IMG/VR virus record: IMGVR_UViG_3300032132_000001
Span: 170,573-234,572 of that record
DNA from: a virus
DNA: 64,000 bases
Direction: 5' to 3' (one strand)
Shown: positions 55,579-64,000 of the stretch, piece by piece
Layout of the letters: each line of letters opens with the position of its first letter
Position numbering within the stretch: position 1 is the first letter of the stretch
Notes under the pieces: model-generated
Seen by the model: only the letters and a program-made list of their open reading frames with translations
Database searches by the model: none
What the model was told of the DNA's origin: nothing
Program-made: the position numbers and the translations under genes

Positions 55579-55898
55579 TGACTATCAATATTCTTCCCTA
55601 TTCCAGGTTTGGGATTTCAGAAGCGATCATAGTAGAAAATAAGGAGACTTTCGGCCTCCTTACTAGATATAGTTTCTTAGATCCCGACAACCTAGAACCA
55701 GAGCAGATCGCTAGACTAGAAATAAGACCACCCCTAAATGAACGCCCTGATCTTATTGCTGATCAGGTCTATGGTATTCCCCATCTACATTGGGTCATAA
55801 TCTTGTTCAATAATCCTAGGGAGACGCTCAATTGGCCTCTCAACGGTACAGTAATTAGATATCCGGTCCCCGATGTGGTATTCGCTGAAGTTATATAG
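55569..55898 (+). CDS. hypothetical protein (109 aa)
   Basis: ORF track. Confidence 0.4.
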   Translation: MVLMTINILPYSRFGISEAIIVENKETFGLLTRYSFLDPDNLEPEQIARLEIRPPLNERPDLIADQVYGIPHLHWVIILFNNPRETLNWPLNGTVIRYPVPDVVFAEVI

Positions 55899-55906
55899 AG
55901 GTAGCC

Positions 55907-58678
55907 ATGGCTGGCGACAATCTCCTCAATGTATGGAATAAGTTCTTCGCAGAGAGAACTACTAATCTATTTCGTAGATTTACCGGTTTCTATCGGGCAG
56001 TAGTAAAAGAAACCAACGACCCTCTCCGCATTGGGCGGCTTCGTGTTTTCATTCCGGAGCTTCACGATTTAGATCTTGTTGCCAAAGACCTACCATGGGC
56101 TTCCAGAGCCCCGTGGCTCGGTGGTCAAGGTTGTGGATCGTGGCACAACGCAATCATCGGAGATCAGGTTTTTGTCATTTTCGAGAAGGGGCATGCCTAT
56201 GCCCCTGTTGTAGTCGGATTCGCAGATCCCACGAGACGCGCTTTCTACCCTCATCAGATGGTCCATGGTGAGACTCCGATCACAGTAGATGTGAAAGGTA
56301 AGTCCACAGGTCAATCTCCCAAGGACTTTGAGAAAGATTATCTGCCGAAAGATGAGCGGCCGATGAGTACCGGTTTTCGTGACCGCTACGGTTCTTTCTT
56401 TGAGATGACATCGGTTGGCTTTGTGCCCTTTGAGCATCAAGGGAAAGCAGCGCCTACCGGGTCGGATGGTATAACCCTAGGGACATTCAAGGCTGCTGAG
56501 AGCCCGCCTGTAGAAAATGAACCAGATGTCAAGCATATAGTCATGCATACCAAGTATGGCCATACTATGATGCTAAACGACACAGGGTACGACTGGTCTA
56601 AAGAGTTCAAAGGCAAATTCAGTGATGATGATAGCTTCGAAGAAGAGAGATCCAAGTATTTGGTGAAATTCTTCAACGAAGAAAAAGCCAAGGAACGCGA
56701 CCAACGCCGATTCGAAGTCCGTACAAGGTACGGGCACAAAGAAGAGTACCGAGATGTCGGCTGGAAGAAAACCAGACCAGGGGAGTTCAAAGACCAGAAG
56801 ACCATTAGCAAGGCTGAAGAAGATGAAAGGTGGATGAAGTGGCGCACGAAGGGTGGGCACTTCTTCCAGATGATCGACACTGGCAGCGATGCAGATAATG
56901 ACCTGTTTGTGAAGCGTCTTCTGAAAACAGAGGTGAATACGTTCACCGAAGAAGAAGATAAGATGAGCGAAGACCGCCGCATGATGCGGTGGAAAACTCG
57001 CTACGGATTCAAGATGGCTCTCGACGATAGAGGGTCTGACAAGAAAGATGCCGACAACAAAGAAGAGCCTCGGGGCAACGGCTTTATTGTAAAGGGTGTA
57101 CGGGACGGACGCGGTTTCACTATCGAGTTCAATGAAAAAGACTCGATGAACAGATTGATGATCGTTTCTCCGAAGAGTAAGGGCATCTGCATCGATGATA
57201 AGTTAGAGTATGTTGGACTACATACTGATACTTCAGAGCATCTGAGTGAGAAAGTAGACGCCGATAAGCGCACACGCGACAATGAATTCGGCATGAGTGT
57301 CCCAGTCACTTATGATTTCGAATCTAACACTCATCATATCAAGCTAGACAAGCAGAACAAGTACGTCCGCATGAAGACCCCACAACAGCAAGGGATCGAA
57401 ATGCGCGATGAGGGTGGGCCGTGTGGTACCTGGACTGAAACTCGCGACAACGAAGGTCGTGCGGTCTTCATGTCCAAGACTGACCAGATGCTCGCGATCC
57501 GGGATAAGGCGGTCCCGCTTTCGACAGTCCCACAGGCTCAGCCGAGAAACACGAGTGAAGGCGGTTCGGTAGATCCGCTAGATAGTGTCCCTGGTGCTAC
57601 CTTGCCGGGTGCTCCTGCCTCCGCTTCTGCGGGTGGGGAAAACAGTGCGGGCCAGGGTGTCCATCAAAAGGTGATCATCCTAGACGATAATCTGAAAATT
57701 ATCCTAATCAAGAACATCCACGACAAGGGTAAAGTCCAAATTGCTGTGCCGATGGGCGACGTAGAAATCGTCGCCAAAAACATTAAGCTCTGTGCAGAAG
57801 AGATAGTAGAAATAACAGCTGGTAAAGAGATCTGCTTGCAAGCAGCTGGCTCTCAATTCGTGGTCCGTGCTGGTCATGTTGGTACTAACACTGAGCTTAG
57901 AGCCAGCCATGTTACCGCAAAGCGGCTCACTGGTACACACACTGCTATCCAGATTCCGCTGCACCCATTAGCCCCGGCTCCCCCAGGTCAAGCTACAGCT
58001 TGCTTTGTTGATCCTCCGAAAGAAATCAAGAAGCAGAGGATTGGCCCGCGCGAGTTCGATGTAGAACAGGGTTGTGCGCCAAATAAGATTCTCGCTGGTC
58101 CCGTGAGCCCACAGATCCGTCAAGGCGGCGGCGGTGGAGGCGGGGGTGGTGGTAGCAGCCCCCCGGGATCTCCACCAGCTCCAGGTCCGAACCCTGTACC
58201 ACCAGAAGTTCCATTTGTACCAGATCCACCTGCAGAGCCAGACAATTTCGAAGAGCTAACCCAGGGAAGCGGCACAGTCCTCTGGTACGGCACTTCTACC
58301 GAGTTCTTGGCTGAGATCCAAGAGTTCGGTCTGCTGAGAAGTTCTTTCGCCAACAATGATAATGTACCACCAGATCTGGATGCTCCAAAGATTACTCTAG
58401 CCTTTAGTGTGGATATCGCGAGAGGGGACGGAGGACAAGTACTAAGACCTGGCGAGGATTTTGCCGCACTCGCTAAGCAGAGGTACGGAAAGGAGTCTCT
58501 AATCCTAAGAGTCTTCCAGGTCCCCGAACCAGATAAATTGTCGCTAGTCGAAAATAATCCGGACATCTTTGAGTACACTGGGGATGTCATTACTCCGGAC
58601 TTTTTCGACATTTTCGAGATAGGAACCGACACGTTTATTGGAACTCCTGAGTTCCCGAACGTTGGAGAAATACCATAA
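55907..58678 (+). CDS. baseplate central spike or hub protein (gpV/gp5/VgrG-like)
   Basis: 923 aa; N-terminal gpV OB-fold signature FYRAVVKETNDPLRIGRLRVFIPELH...GDQVFVIFEKGHAYAPVVVGF; later beta-helix-like segment; Gly10 run and Pro-rich C-terminus. Confidence 0.55.
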   Translation: MAGDNLLNVWNKFFAERTTNLFRRFTGFYRAVVKETNDPLRIGRLRVFIPELHDLDLVAKDLPWASRAPWLGGQGCGSWHNAIIGDQVFVIFEKGHAYAPVVVGFADPTRRAFYPHQMVHGETPITVDVKGKSTGQSPKDFEKDYLPKDERPMSTGFRDRYGSFFEMTSVGFVPFEHQGKAAPTGSDGITLGTFKAAESPPVENEPDVKHIVMHTKYGHTMMLNDTGYDWSKEFKGKFSDDDSFEEERSKYLVKFFNEEKAKERDQRRFEVRTRYGHKEEYRDVGWKKTRPGEFKDQKTISKAEEDERWMKWRTKGGHFFQMIDTGSDADNDLFVKRLLKTEVNTFTEEEDKMSEDRRMMRWKTRYGFKMALDDRGSDKKDADNKEEPRGNGFIVKGVRDGRGFTIEFNEKDSMNRLMIVSPKSKGICIDDKLEYVGLHTDTSEHLSEKVDADKRTRDNEFGMSVPVTYDFESNTHHIKLDKQNKYVRMKTPQQQGIEMRDEGGPCGTWTETRDNEGRAVFMSKTDQMLAIRDKAVPLSTVPQAQPRNTSEGGSVDPLDSVPGATLPGAPASASAGGENSAGQGVHQKVIILDDNLKIILIKNIHDKGKVQIAVPMGDVEIVAKNIKLCAEEIVEITAGKEICLQAAGSQFVVRAGHVGTNTELRASHVTAKRLTGTHTAIQIPLHPLAPAPPGQATACFVDPPKEIKKQRIGPREFDVEQGCAPNKILAGPVSPQIRQGGGGGGGGGGSSPPGSPPAPGPNPVPPEVPFVPDPPAEPDNFEELTQGSGTVLWYGTSTEFLAEIQEFGLLRSSFANNDNVPPDLDAPKITLAFSVDIARGDGGQVLRPGEDFAALAKQRYGKESLILRVFQVPEPDKLSLVENNPDIFEYTGDVITPDFFDIFEIGTDTFIGTPEFPNVGEIP

Positions 58679-58749
58679 TTATTCGATTTCCGACTGGCCT
58701 CTACGAGGATATAAACCAGATCCCACTGCAGCCTTCCGATAGTGGGAAT

Positions 58750-59397
58750 GTGACATGGACTATATCTAGTGAAGACCCTATCCGCTCACAAGAATCATTC
58801 CTTCAACTGCCAATCGCTGAAGAGCTTAGGAAAAGAGATCCGAGGAACTTCACTGAGCAACAAAGGCGGATTGACCAAGGTGAGCTTCTGTTTACTATCA
58901 TCCAAGGTAGCCAAGTAGACAACGGGTCCAACACTAAGCTGTTTGAAGTTGGACAGTTTTTGGAGTTCGACAACCAAGAGCAGATCGAAGATGTCGAAAC
59001 AACCAATGCACCTGATCTAATCGACATCATGCACTTTACCAATCTCCTAGATCTGCAAGCTGCCGGTCTTACTGAGGAGGAAATCGAACAGGTACTACTA
59101 CAAGCTGATGATAGACAGCGAGAGCTAGAAGATCAAGTAGCGAGCTTGCAGGTGGAAATCAACGATCTCGAATCTCAGATTATCGAAGTGCAGAAAGGGA
59201 TAAACGAGACAAATAAAGCGATTGGTGCGATCCAAGAGATCGGCATCACAGACACCACAATAATCGAGAAGCTCCAAGAAAACTTGGACCAATTGACCAC
59301 TGAAAGATCCGACACGATCTCTGCTGTCAACGACCGTAAGGCAGATCTAGAAGAGGCATATAATTCACTATTGCGTGTTTCGGAGCTGGTCAGATGA
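58750..59397 (+). CDS. coiled-coil protein (215 aa), carries a weak SSEDP N-terminal motif
   Basis: ORF track. Confidence 0.45.
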   Translation: MTWTISSEDPIRSQESFLQLPIAEELRKRDPRNFTEQQRRIDQGELLFTIIQGSQVDNGSNTKLFEVGQFLEFDNQEQIEDVETTNAPDLIDIMHFTNLLDLQAAGLTEEEIEQVLLQADDRQRELEDQVASLQVEINDLESQIIEVQKGINETNKAIGAIQEIGITDTTIIEKLQENLDQLTTERSDTISAVNDRKADLEEAYNSLLRVSELVR

Positions 59398-59789
59398 GAT
59401 CTTTATGGTTCGGATTCAACCCTCCTTTCATAGCTCCTGGTGGTCAGATTCTTCAAACTCAGACCAACGAAAGGCTAATAAAGAACGACTTCCTTCAGCT
59501 GCTTCTTACCACTCCAGGCGAAAGAGTAATGCGGCCTGGTTTTGGAACTGGTATCCGGACTTCGTTGTTCGATCCCAACGATGAGCTTCTAGTTGACAAT
59601 CTACGAGAGAGCATCATCGATGCTTCACTACGAATAGAAAGTCGCATTATAATCCAAGAATTGCTATTCCAACCGAATGAAGACCAGAATATTCTGAATA
59701 TCCGTCTTGATTGCTCTATAGTTAACGACGACGGATCACGCCAGAGATTTATTCTAGAACTCGACACTCCAATTGAGCTAGTAACATGA
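59394..59789 (+). CDS. baseplate wedge protein, gp25/GPW family
   Basis: 131 aa; LLTTPGERVMRPGFGTGIRTSLFDPNDE matches the gp25-like core; precedes the J-like gene. Confidence 0.6.
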   Translation: MRSLWFGFNPPFIAPGGQILQTQTNERLIKNDFLQLLLTTPGERVMRPGFGTGIRTSLFDPNDELLVDNLRESIIDASLRIESRIIIQELLFQPNEDQNILNIRLDCSIVNDDGSRQRFILELDTPIELVT

Positions 59790-61447
59790 CAACCGTTTTT
59801 GATATCCCCACACAACCTGACGAGTTCGGCGTTGTACTTCAACCTGCTCAACTAAGGCGGCTCAATTTCAGCGCCCTTGATTACGCTACTATGCGTAGAG
59901 CGTCAATTGAGTATATCAAAGCCTATTTCCCAGAAGAGTTCAATGATTTCGTTGCCAACAACGGAATCGTCATGCTCATCGAGCTTTTCAGTTACATCGC
60001 GGGCAATCTATCACAGCGATCTGATATCCTAGTAGAGGAGAGTTTTCTCCCGACCGCCAGGACACTTACCGCAGTAATCAATCACCTTGCTCTAATCAAT
60101 CAGAGAGTTAGACGACAAACTCCAGCAGTAGTAGACCTAGAGATAAGCATTGGCAACCCTCTGCCGACCCAGTTGAACATCCCGGCTGGAACCACGTTCT
60201 CTCTCACCGGCTCGGACGGTCTACCATTGCAGTATGAGGTATATCGTGCGCCAGGAGACTTCCTAAGTAACGTCTCGATCCCACCTGGAAAGAGAGGGAT
60301 TGTCGGGTTTGGTATCGAAGGATCGTTCGCTCCAGAAGTCATCGCTGTATCAGCTGGTGGTTCAAACCAGACAATTGATATTGTAGACAATGATATTCTA
60401 GAAGATCCGTTCATCGTAGAAGTGGCGACAGGAAGTACCTCTGTTACATGGCGTAGAGTCCAGAATATTGAACGAGCTGAGCCGAACGATGAAGTCTATG
60501 AAGTCCGCTTAGGGGACAATGTTGCGTCTATCGTGTTTGGCGATGACCAAGCTGGTAAATCACCGCTGTCTGGTCAAGTAATCACCACAAGATATCGCAG
60601 AGGTGGCGGAATCAGAGGACGTATTGGTCGTCTAACGATCGATGAGTCTCGCTCTCTGACAGCCGAAGCACCAGCCAACGCACCTATTGACGTGCTTTTC
60701 CGCAATCCGAACCCGTCCTCGGGCGGTAGAGATGCTGAAACAGCAGAACAAGCCAAGAGAAGAGCGCCGAAAGAGGCAGCAACGCTTAATTCGGCCACCT
60801 CTGGAGAGGACTACGCTCAGTTGTCCTCGACTTTCACTCATCCAGTGTTTGGGTCGGTTCTGAAGGCTATCGCGACCGTACGGACGGGAGTAGAAACCTC
60901 AAGAGAGGATCTAGCTATCGCAGTGCGGGCCGCAGCAACGGTCGAAGAAGCGGTCGAAATCTTGGATGCCCAGTTTGTAAACCAAAACATTGTGGAAGTT
61001 TACATCCTGGCAGAAGGCCCGCTTGGAGTGCCGGTCCTACCAAGCGCCGGTCTTCGTCAGGGGCTCAAACAGTTCTTCGATGCTATCAAAGTACTTACAG
61101 ACGATGTTAGGGTACTTGATGGCGTGATCAAGCAAGTAGACTTCAGAGCTAACATCCAGATCTCCCGGAGCGCTGACGCATCGGCGGTGAAGGAGCAGGT
61201 CAACGTAGTAGTTGATGACTTCTTCGATGCGGAGAACTTCGACATGGGCGAACCATTCTATCTTAGCAATTTGTACCGCGAGATAGAGCAGGTACCCGGT
61301 GTCAGGACTGTTGCGATCTTCGAGCCAGCTGACGACATTATCAGGACGAGGAAGCTGGCCGATCCGGCAGAAGATGGTGTTGGTCTAAATGAGATGATCA
61401 CTCTTGGTAAGAAAGAGATGCGGTTCTTCTTTGAGAAGATTCGCTAG
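59786..61447 (+). CDS. baseplate J-like protein (gp6/gpJ family)
   Basis: 553 aa; position directly after the gp25-like gene and typical size. Sequence evidence is weak. Confidence 0.45.
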   Translation: MTTVFDIPTQPDEFGVVLQPAQLRRLNFSALDYATMRRASIEYIKAYFPEEFNDFVANNGIVMLIELFSYIAGNLSQRSDILVEESFLPTARTLTAVINHLALINQRVRRQTPAVVDLEISIGNPLPTQLNIPAGTTFSLTGSDGLPLQYEVYRAPGDFLSNVSIPPGKRGIVGFGIEGSFAPEVIAVSAGGSNQTIDIVDNDILEDPFIVEVATGSTSVTWRRVQNIERAEPNDEVYEVRLGDNVASIVFGDDQAGKSPLSGQVITTRYRRGGGIRGRIGRLTIDESRSLTAEAPANAPIDVLFRNPNPSSGGRDAETAEQAKRRAPKEAATLNSATSGEDYAQLSSTFTHPVFGSVLKAIATVRTGVETSREDLAIAVRAAATVEEAVEILDAQFVNQNIVEVYILAEGPLGVPVLPSAGLRQGLKQFFDAIKVLTDDVRVLDGVIKQVDFRANIQISRSADASAVKEQVNVVVDDFFDAENFDMGEPFYLSNLYREIEQVPGVRTVAIFEPADDIIRTRKLADPAEDGVGLNEMITLGKKEMRFFFEKIR

Positions 61448-61692
61448 ATCCGCATATCGTTACTCACTCGTTGCCTAAACGTGGCATACGCCCCTGCGTT
61501 CATTTTCGCAGCGTCGTAAAAGTGGCAGTTCCAGAATGTGATAGGATCTTCTAGATCCTCATGATCTAGAGTTATAACTGCAGCAATCTGCAGTTCCTTA
61601 AACAACTCAGAACAAGCAGCGTGTAGCTTGTCCATGAGCGCTTGGCGATCGACTTCTACTGGCTCTTCCACGGTTTCTTCTGGATTTTCCAT
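61444..61692 (-). CDS. hypothetical acidic protein (82 aa)
   Basis: ORF track. Confidence 0.35.
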   Translation of the reverse strand: MENPEETVEEPVEVDRQALMDKLHAACSELFKELQIAAVITLDHEDLEDPITFWNCHFYDAAKMNAGAYATFRQRVSNDMRI

Positions 61693-61822
61693 GATCTGTT
61701 CCTATATAATGGGACTTGCACCAATCAAACGCACTCTTTGAGATTTCACTCAGAATATCTACGAACGTATTCGGTCTGTGGCTGGAAAGCGATTCGAAGC
61801 TTGACAAAGATAGAGAGCTACT

Positions 61823-62440
61823 ATGGTAAAAGACGATCCCGTTGCAACCATCTTCAGGCAATTCCGCACGGAGATGAAATCTGTGGGCAGGAAGATCAAC
61901 TTCCCACAAAACACGCCCCCAGAGAAGACTTATCTATATCGTTCTCTCAAGTGCTTTGCCGAAAAGGTGGATGAGTGGGAGATGAGCCATGATATGTCTC
62001 ATACGATGATAAGTCTCGTTGTACGATACGCCAAAGACCATAATATGCTAGATCGAGGCGCTGCTCTGCTGACCATGAGGTCAATCCTAGACATCTGCCA
62101 TAAACAGTTGTCTATGCAACTAGACGAACGAGAAGACGCGCACAGCAACTTGCAAAGATGCAGGGACTTTTTGGACAATCAAGATCTCAGCGCCAGGCGA
62201 CGCCCCGGTGGGTATTGCAATCTCACAGTTTGGTACCAGACAGGACAGCTCTCCTTGGCTTTCCTGTCAGTATCTAAGAGCTGCTTGGCTGCGTTATCTA
62301 AATTGCCCAAGTCTGAGCGGTCGGAATTACCGTCCAAGTACGACTTGTTGAAGAGTAGAATAGCGCTTCTATGCACAGAAGAGAACCGCGTGGCGGTTCG
62401 AAAGATCATGGGTGCCGATTTGCAGCCCATAAACGCGTAG
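61823..62440 (+). CDS. hypothetical protein (205 aa)
   Basis: ORF track. Confidence 0.45.
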   Translation: MVKDDPVATIFRQFRTEMKSVGRKINFPQNTPPEKTYLYRSLKCFAEKVDEWEMSHDMSHTMISLVVRYAKDHNMLDRGAALLTMRSILDICHKQLSMQLDEREDAHSNLQRCRDFLDNQDLSARRRPGGYCNLTVWYQTGQLSLAFLSVSKSCLAALSKLPKSERSELPSKYDLLKSRIALLCTEENRVAVRKIMGADLQPINA

Positions 62441-62448
62441 GAGAGAGC

Positions 62449-63990
62449 ATGGAATCGTACACTGCCCAGGAATCTTTGTTGGAGTCCATCGACTATTTCG
62501 ATGGGGACAGGCTACCGGCCGACGCGTGGCTCAGGAAATACTGTCTAAAAGACCGAACTAAGTACCTGGAAGCGACCCCAGACGACACTCACTGGCGCAT
62601 GGCCAGAGAGTTCGCGAGAATGGAGACCAAGCTCTCTCCCACCGACCCTGTACCGTCCAACGTTTTCTATGAAGCGATGAAGAACTTTGCAAGGATCGTA
62701 CCGCAAGGTTCTCCAATGTACGCTATCGGTAACCAGTATAGTCTTGCATCGGTCTCTAACTGTTTTGTAGTTCCAGGCCCAACAGATAGCATTGAGAGCA
62801 TCTTCAACAGCGCCCGCGACATGTCGCAGATCATGAAGAGGCGCGGCGGTGTAGGTGTAGATCTATCCAAGCTTAGACCAGAAGACGCCCCAGTAAACAA
62901 CTCAGCCAACAGAAGCAGCGGAGCTTGGAGTTTCTCTGACTTCTATTCATACTGCGGGCGCATGATCGGTCAGAACGGTCGCCAAGGCGCGATCATGATC
63001 ACGATGCATATCAAGCACCCTGATGCTCGTCAGTTCGCTCTGATGAAGTCTGACCGGACCAAAGTAACAGGCGCGAACGTCAGTCTCAAGATAACAGATG
63101 AGTTCATGAGGGCCGTGGAGAACGACGAAGACTTCGTTCAACAATGGCCTGTCGATTCAGATAATCCAGAATTCGTACAAACTATCAACGCAAGAGAGCT
63201 ATGGGATGTCATCGTAGATTGTGCCCAGCAATCTGGTGAGCCAGGGCTCTTGATGTGGGACAATATCTGCGATAATCTGCCAGCTCATTGCTTTTCCGGT
63301 TTCGAAGCAGTCTGTGTGAATCCATGCGCTGAGCTGGTCCTCAGCCCGTATGACTCATGCCGTCTGATCTCAATGAATCTGACAGGATATGTCAATGCCC
63401 CTTTCAATGGGTCATCATTCAATTGGGACCTGTTCAAAAAAGACGTTCGTCTCGCGATGCGGATGAGCGACAATCTAGTGGAGCTGGAAATCGAGGCTGT
63501 TCAAAGAATCATGAGCGGCCTCGATTCGTCTTCGGACGAATTCCAAATGTGGTGCAAGGTGGAGGAGACAGCAGAATGGGGACGTCGTACCGGTCTGGGT
63601 ACTCACGGCCTCGCTGATTGTCTCGCCATGCTTGGAGTCCGGTACGACAGCGAAGAAGCTCTTCGCATGGTTGACGAGATCTACGGTACGCTGAAAGAAA
63701 CTGCGTACGACGAGTCGGTAGAGATGGCCAAAGAGCGAGGACCGTTCCCAGTATGGGGTCCTGGTGTTGATGATCAGTGCGCGTTCATCCAGCGCATGTC
63801 TCCGGATCTCCAGAGCAAAATGCAAGTCCATGGTCGGCGCAACATTTCATTGCTGACCAACGCTCCTACTGGTACTATCTCCTGCCTTTCACAAACAAGT
63901 TCAGGGATCGAGCCGATTTTCCGTCTACAGTACGACAGACGAGTCAAGCTCACCTGGGACGACGTGCCACTCAGTGTCGATTTCGTAGAT
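62449..63990 (+). CDS. ribonucleotide reductase large (catalytic) subunit; 5' 514 codons, continues past the window end
   Basis: Own translation from ATG 62449 (AGGAGAGAG RBS): MESYTAQESL...; active-site loop VNPCAELVLSPYDSCRL (NPCxE Cys motif); thiyl-region SNCFVVP; no stop before the window end. Confidence 0.75.
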
Positions 63991-64000
63991 GAGAAAGGCG

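Noticed and set aside
62667-63831. Minus-strand ORFs 62667..62909, 62947..63144, 63285..63473, 63475..63831 and plus 63357..63617
   Set aside because: The ribonucleotide reductase reading frame is open from 62449 to the window end with clear active-site motifs. These ORFs are antisense or out of frame to it.

Overview
This 64 kb window looks like part of a large (jumbo or huge) tailed-phage genome, or a big prophage, with a distant T4-like core. Identifiable T4-type genes are a gp55-like late sigma factor, SbcD/SbcC (gp47/gp46-like), a DexA-like DEDDh exonuclease, tail sheath, two tail-tube paralogs, tape measure, a gpV/gp5-like spike, gp25-like and gp6/J-like baseplate proteins. Layout: 1-6168 is an all-minus block holding a truncated ferritin gene, an RNA-gene array and an adenylosuccinate lyase gene. 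The array has tRNA-Gly, an initiator-like tRNA-Met, a tRNA-like remnant, a ~200-nt structured element and a 386-nt tmRNA. A 490-nt structured divergent region follows at 6169-6655, and the rest is almost entirely plus-strand. The plus block carries an MreB/ParM-like actin gene, a DinG/XPD-like Fe-S helicase (the block's one large minus-strand gene), sbcCD and a nucleotide-metabolism island. The island runs gp55-like sigma, GT42/DUF115-like glycosyltransferase, NDT/DNPH1-like N-hydrolase, DeoC-like TIM barrel, DexA-like exonuclease, ThyX, Dcd, a second tRNA-Met, RfbB and GlnA. Downstream are a 1637-aa LysM-containing giant protein, the tail and baseplate module with an embedded Toprim gene, and the 5' end of a ribonucleotide reductase gene. 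No CRISPR array, integrase or obvious transposon was seen. Three things recur on a genome-wide scale and are not explained by single-gene annotation. First, a CAAAyATAwA motif directly abuts many start codons, consistent with gp55-type late promoters and leaderless mRNAs. Second, a conserved N-terminal I..LITEDPDVF tag sits on at least four otherwise unrelated proteins. Third, two divergent gene pairs carry AT-rich palindromic operator-like sites. The NDT-like plus DeoC-like pair, and the glycosyltransferase at the T4 alpha-gt position together with rfbB and glnA, are candidate nucleotide-salvage or DNA-modification functions. Everything here is from reading the sequence and the ORF track; no searches were run.
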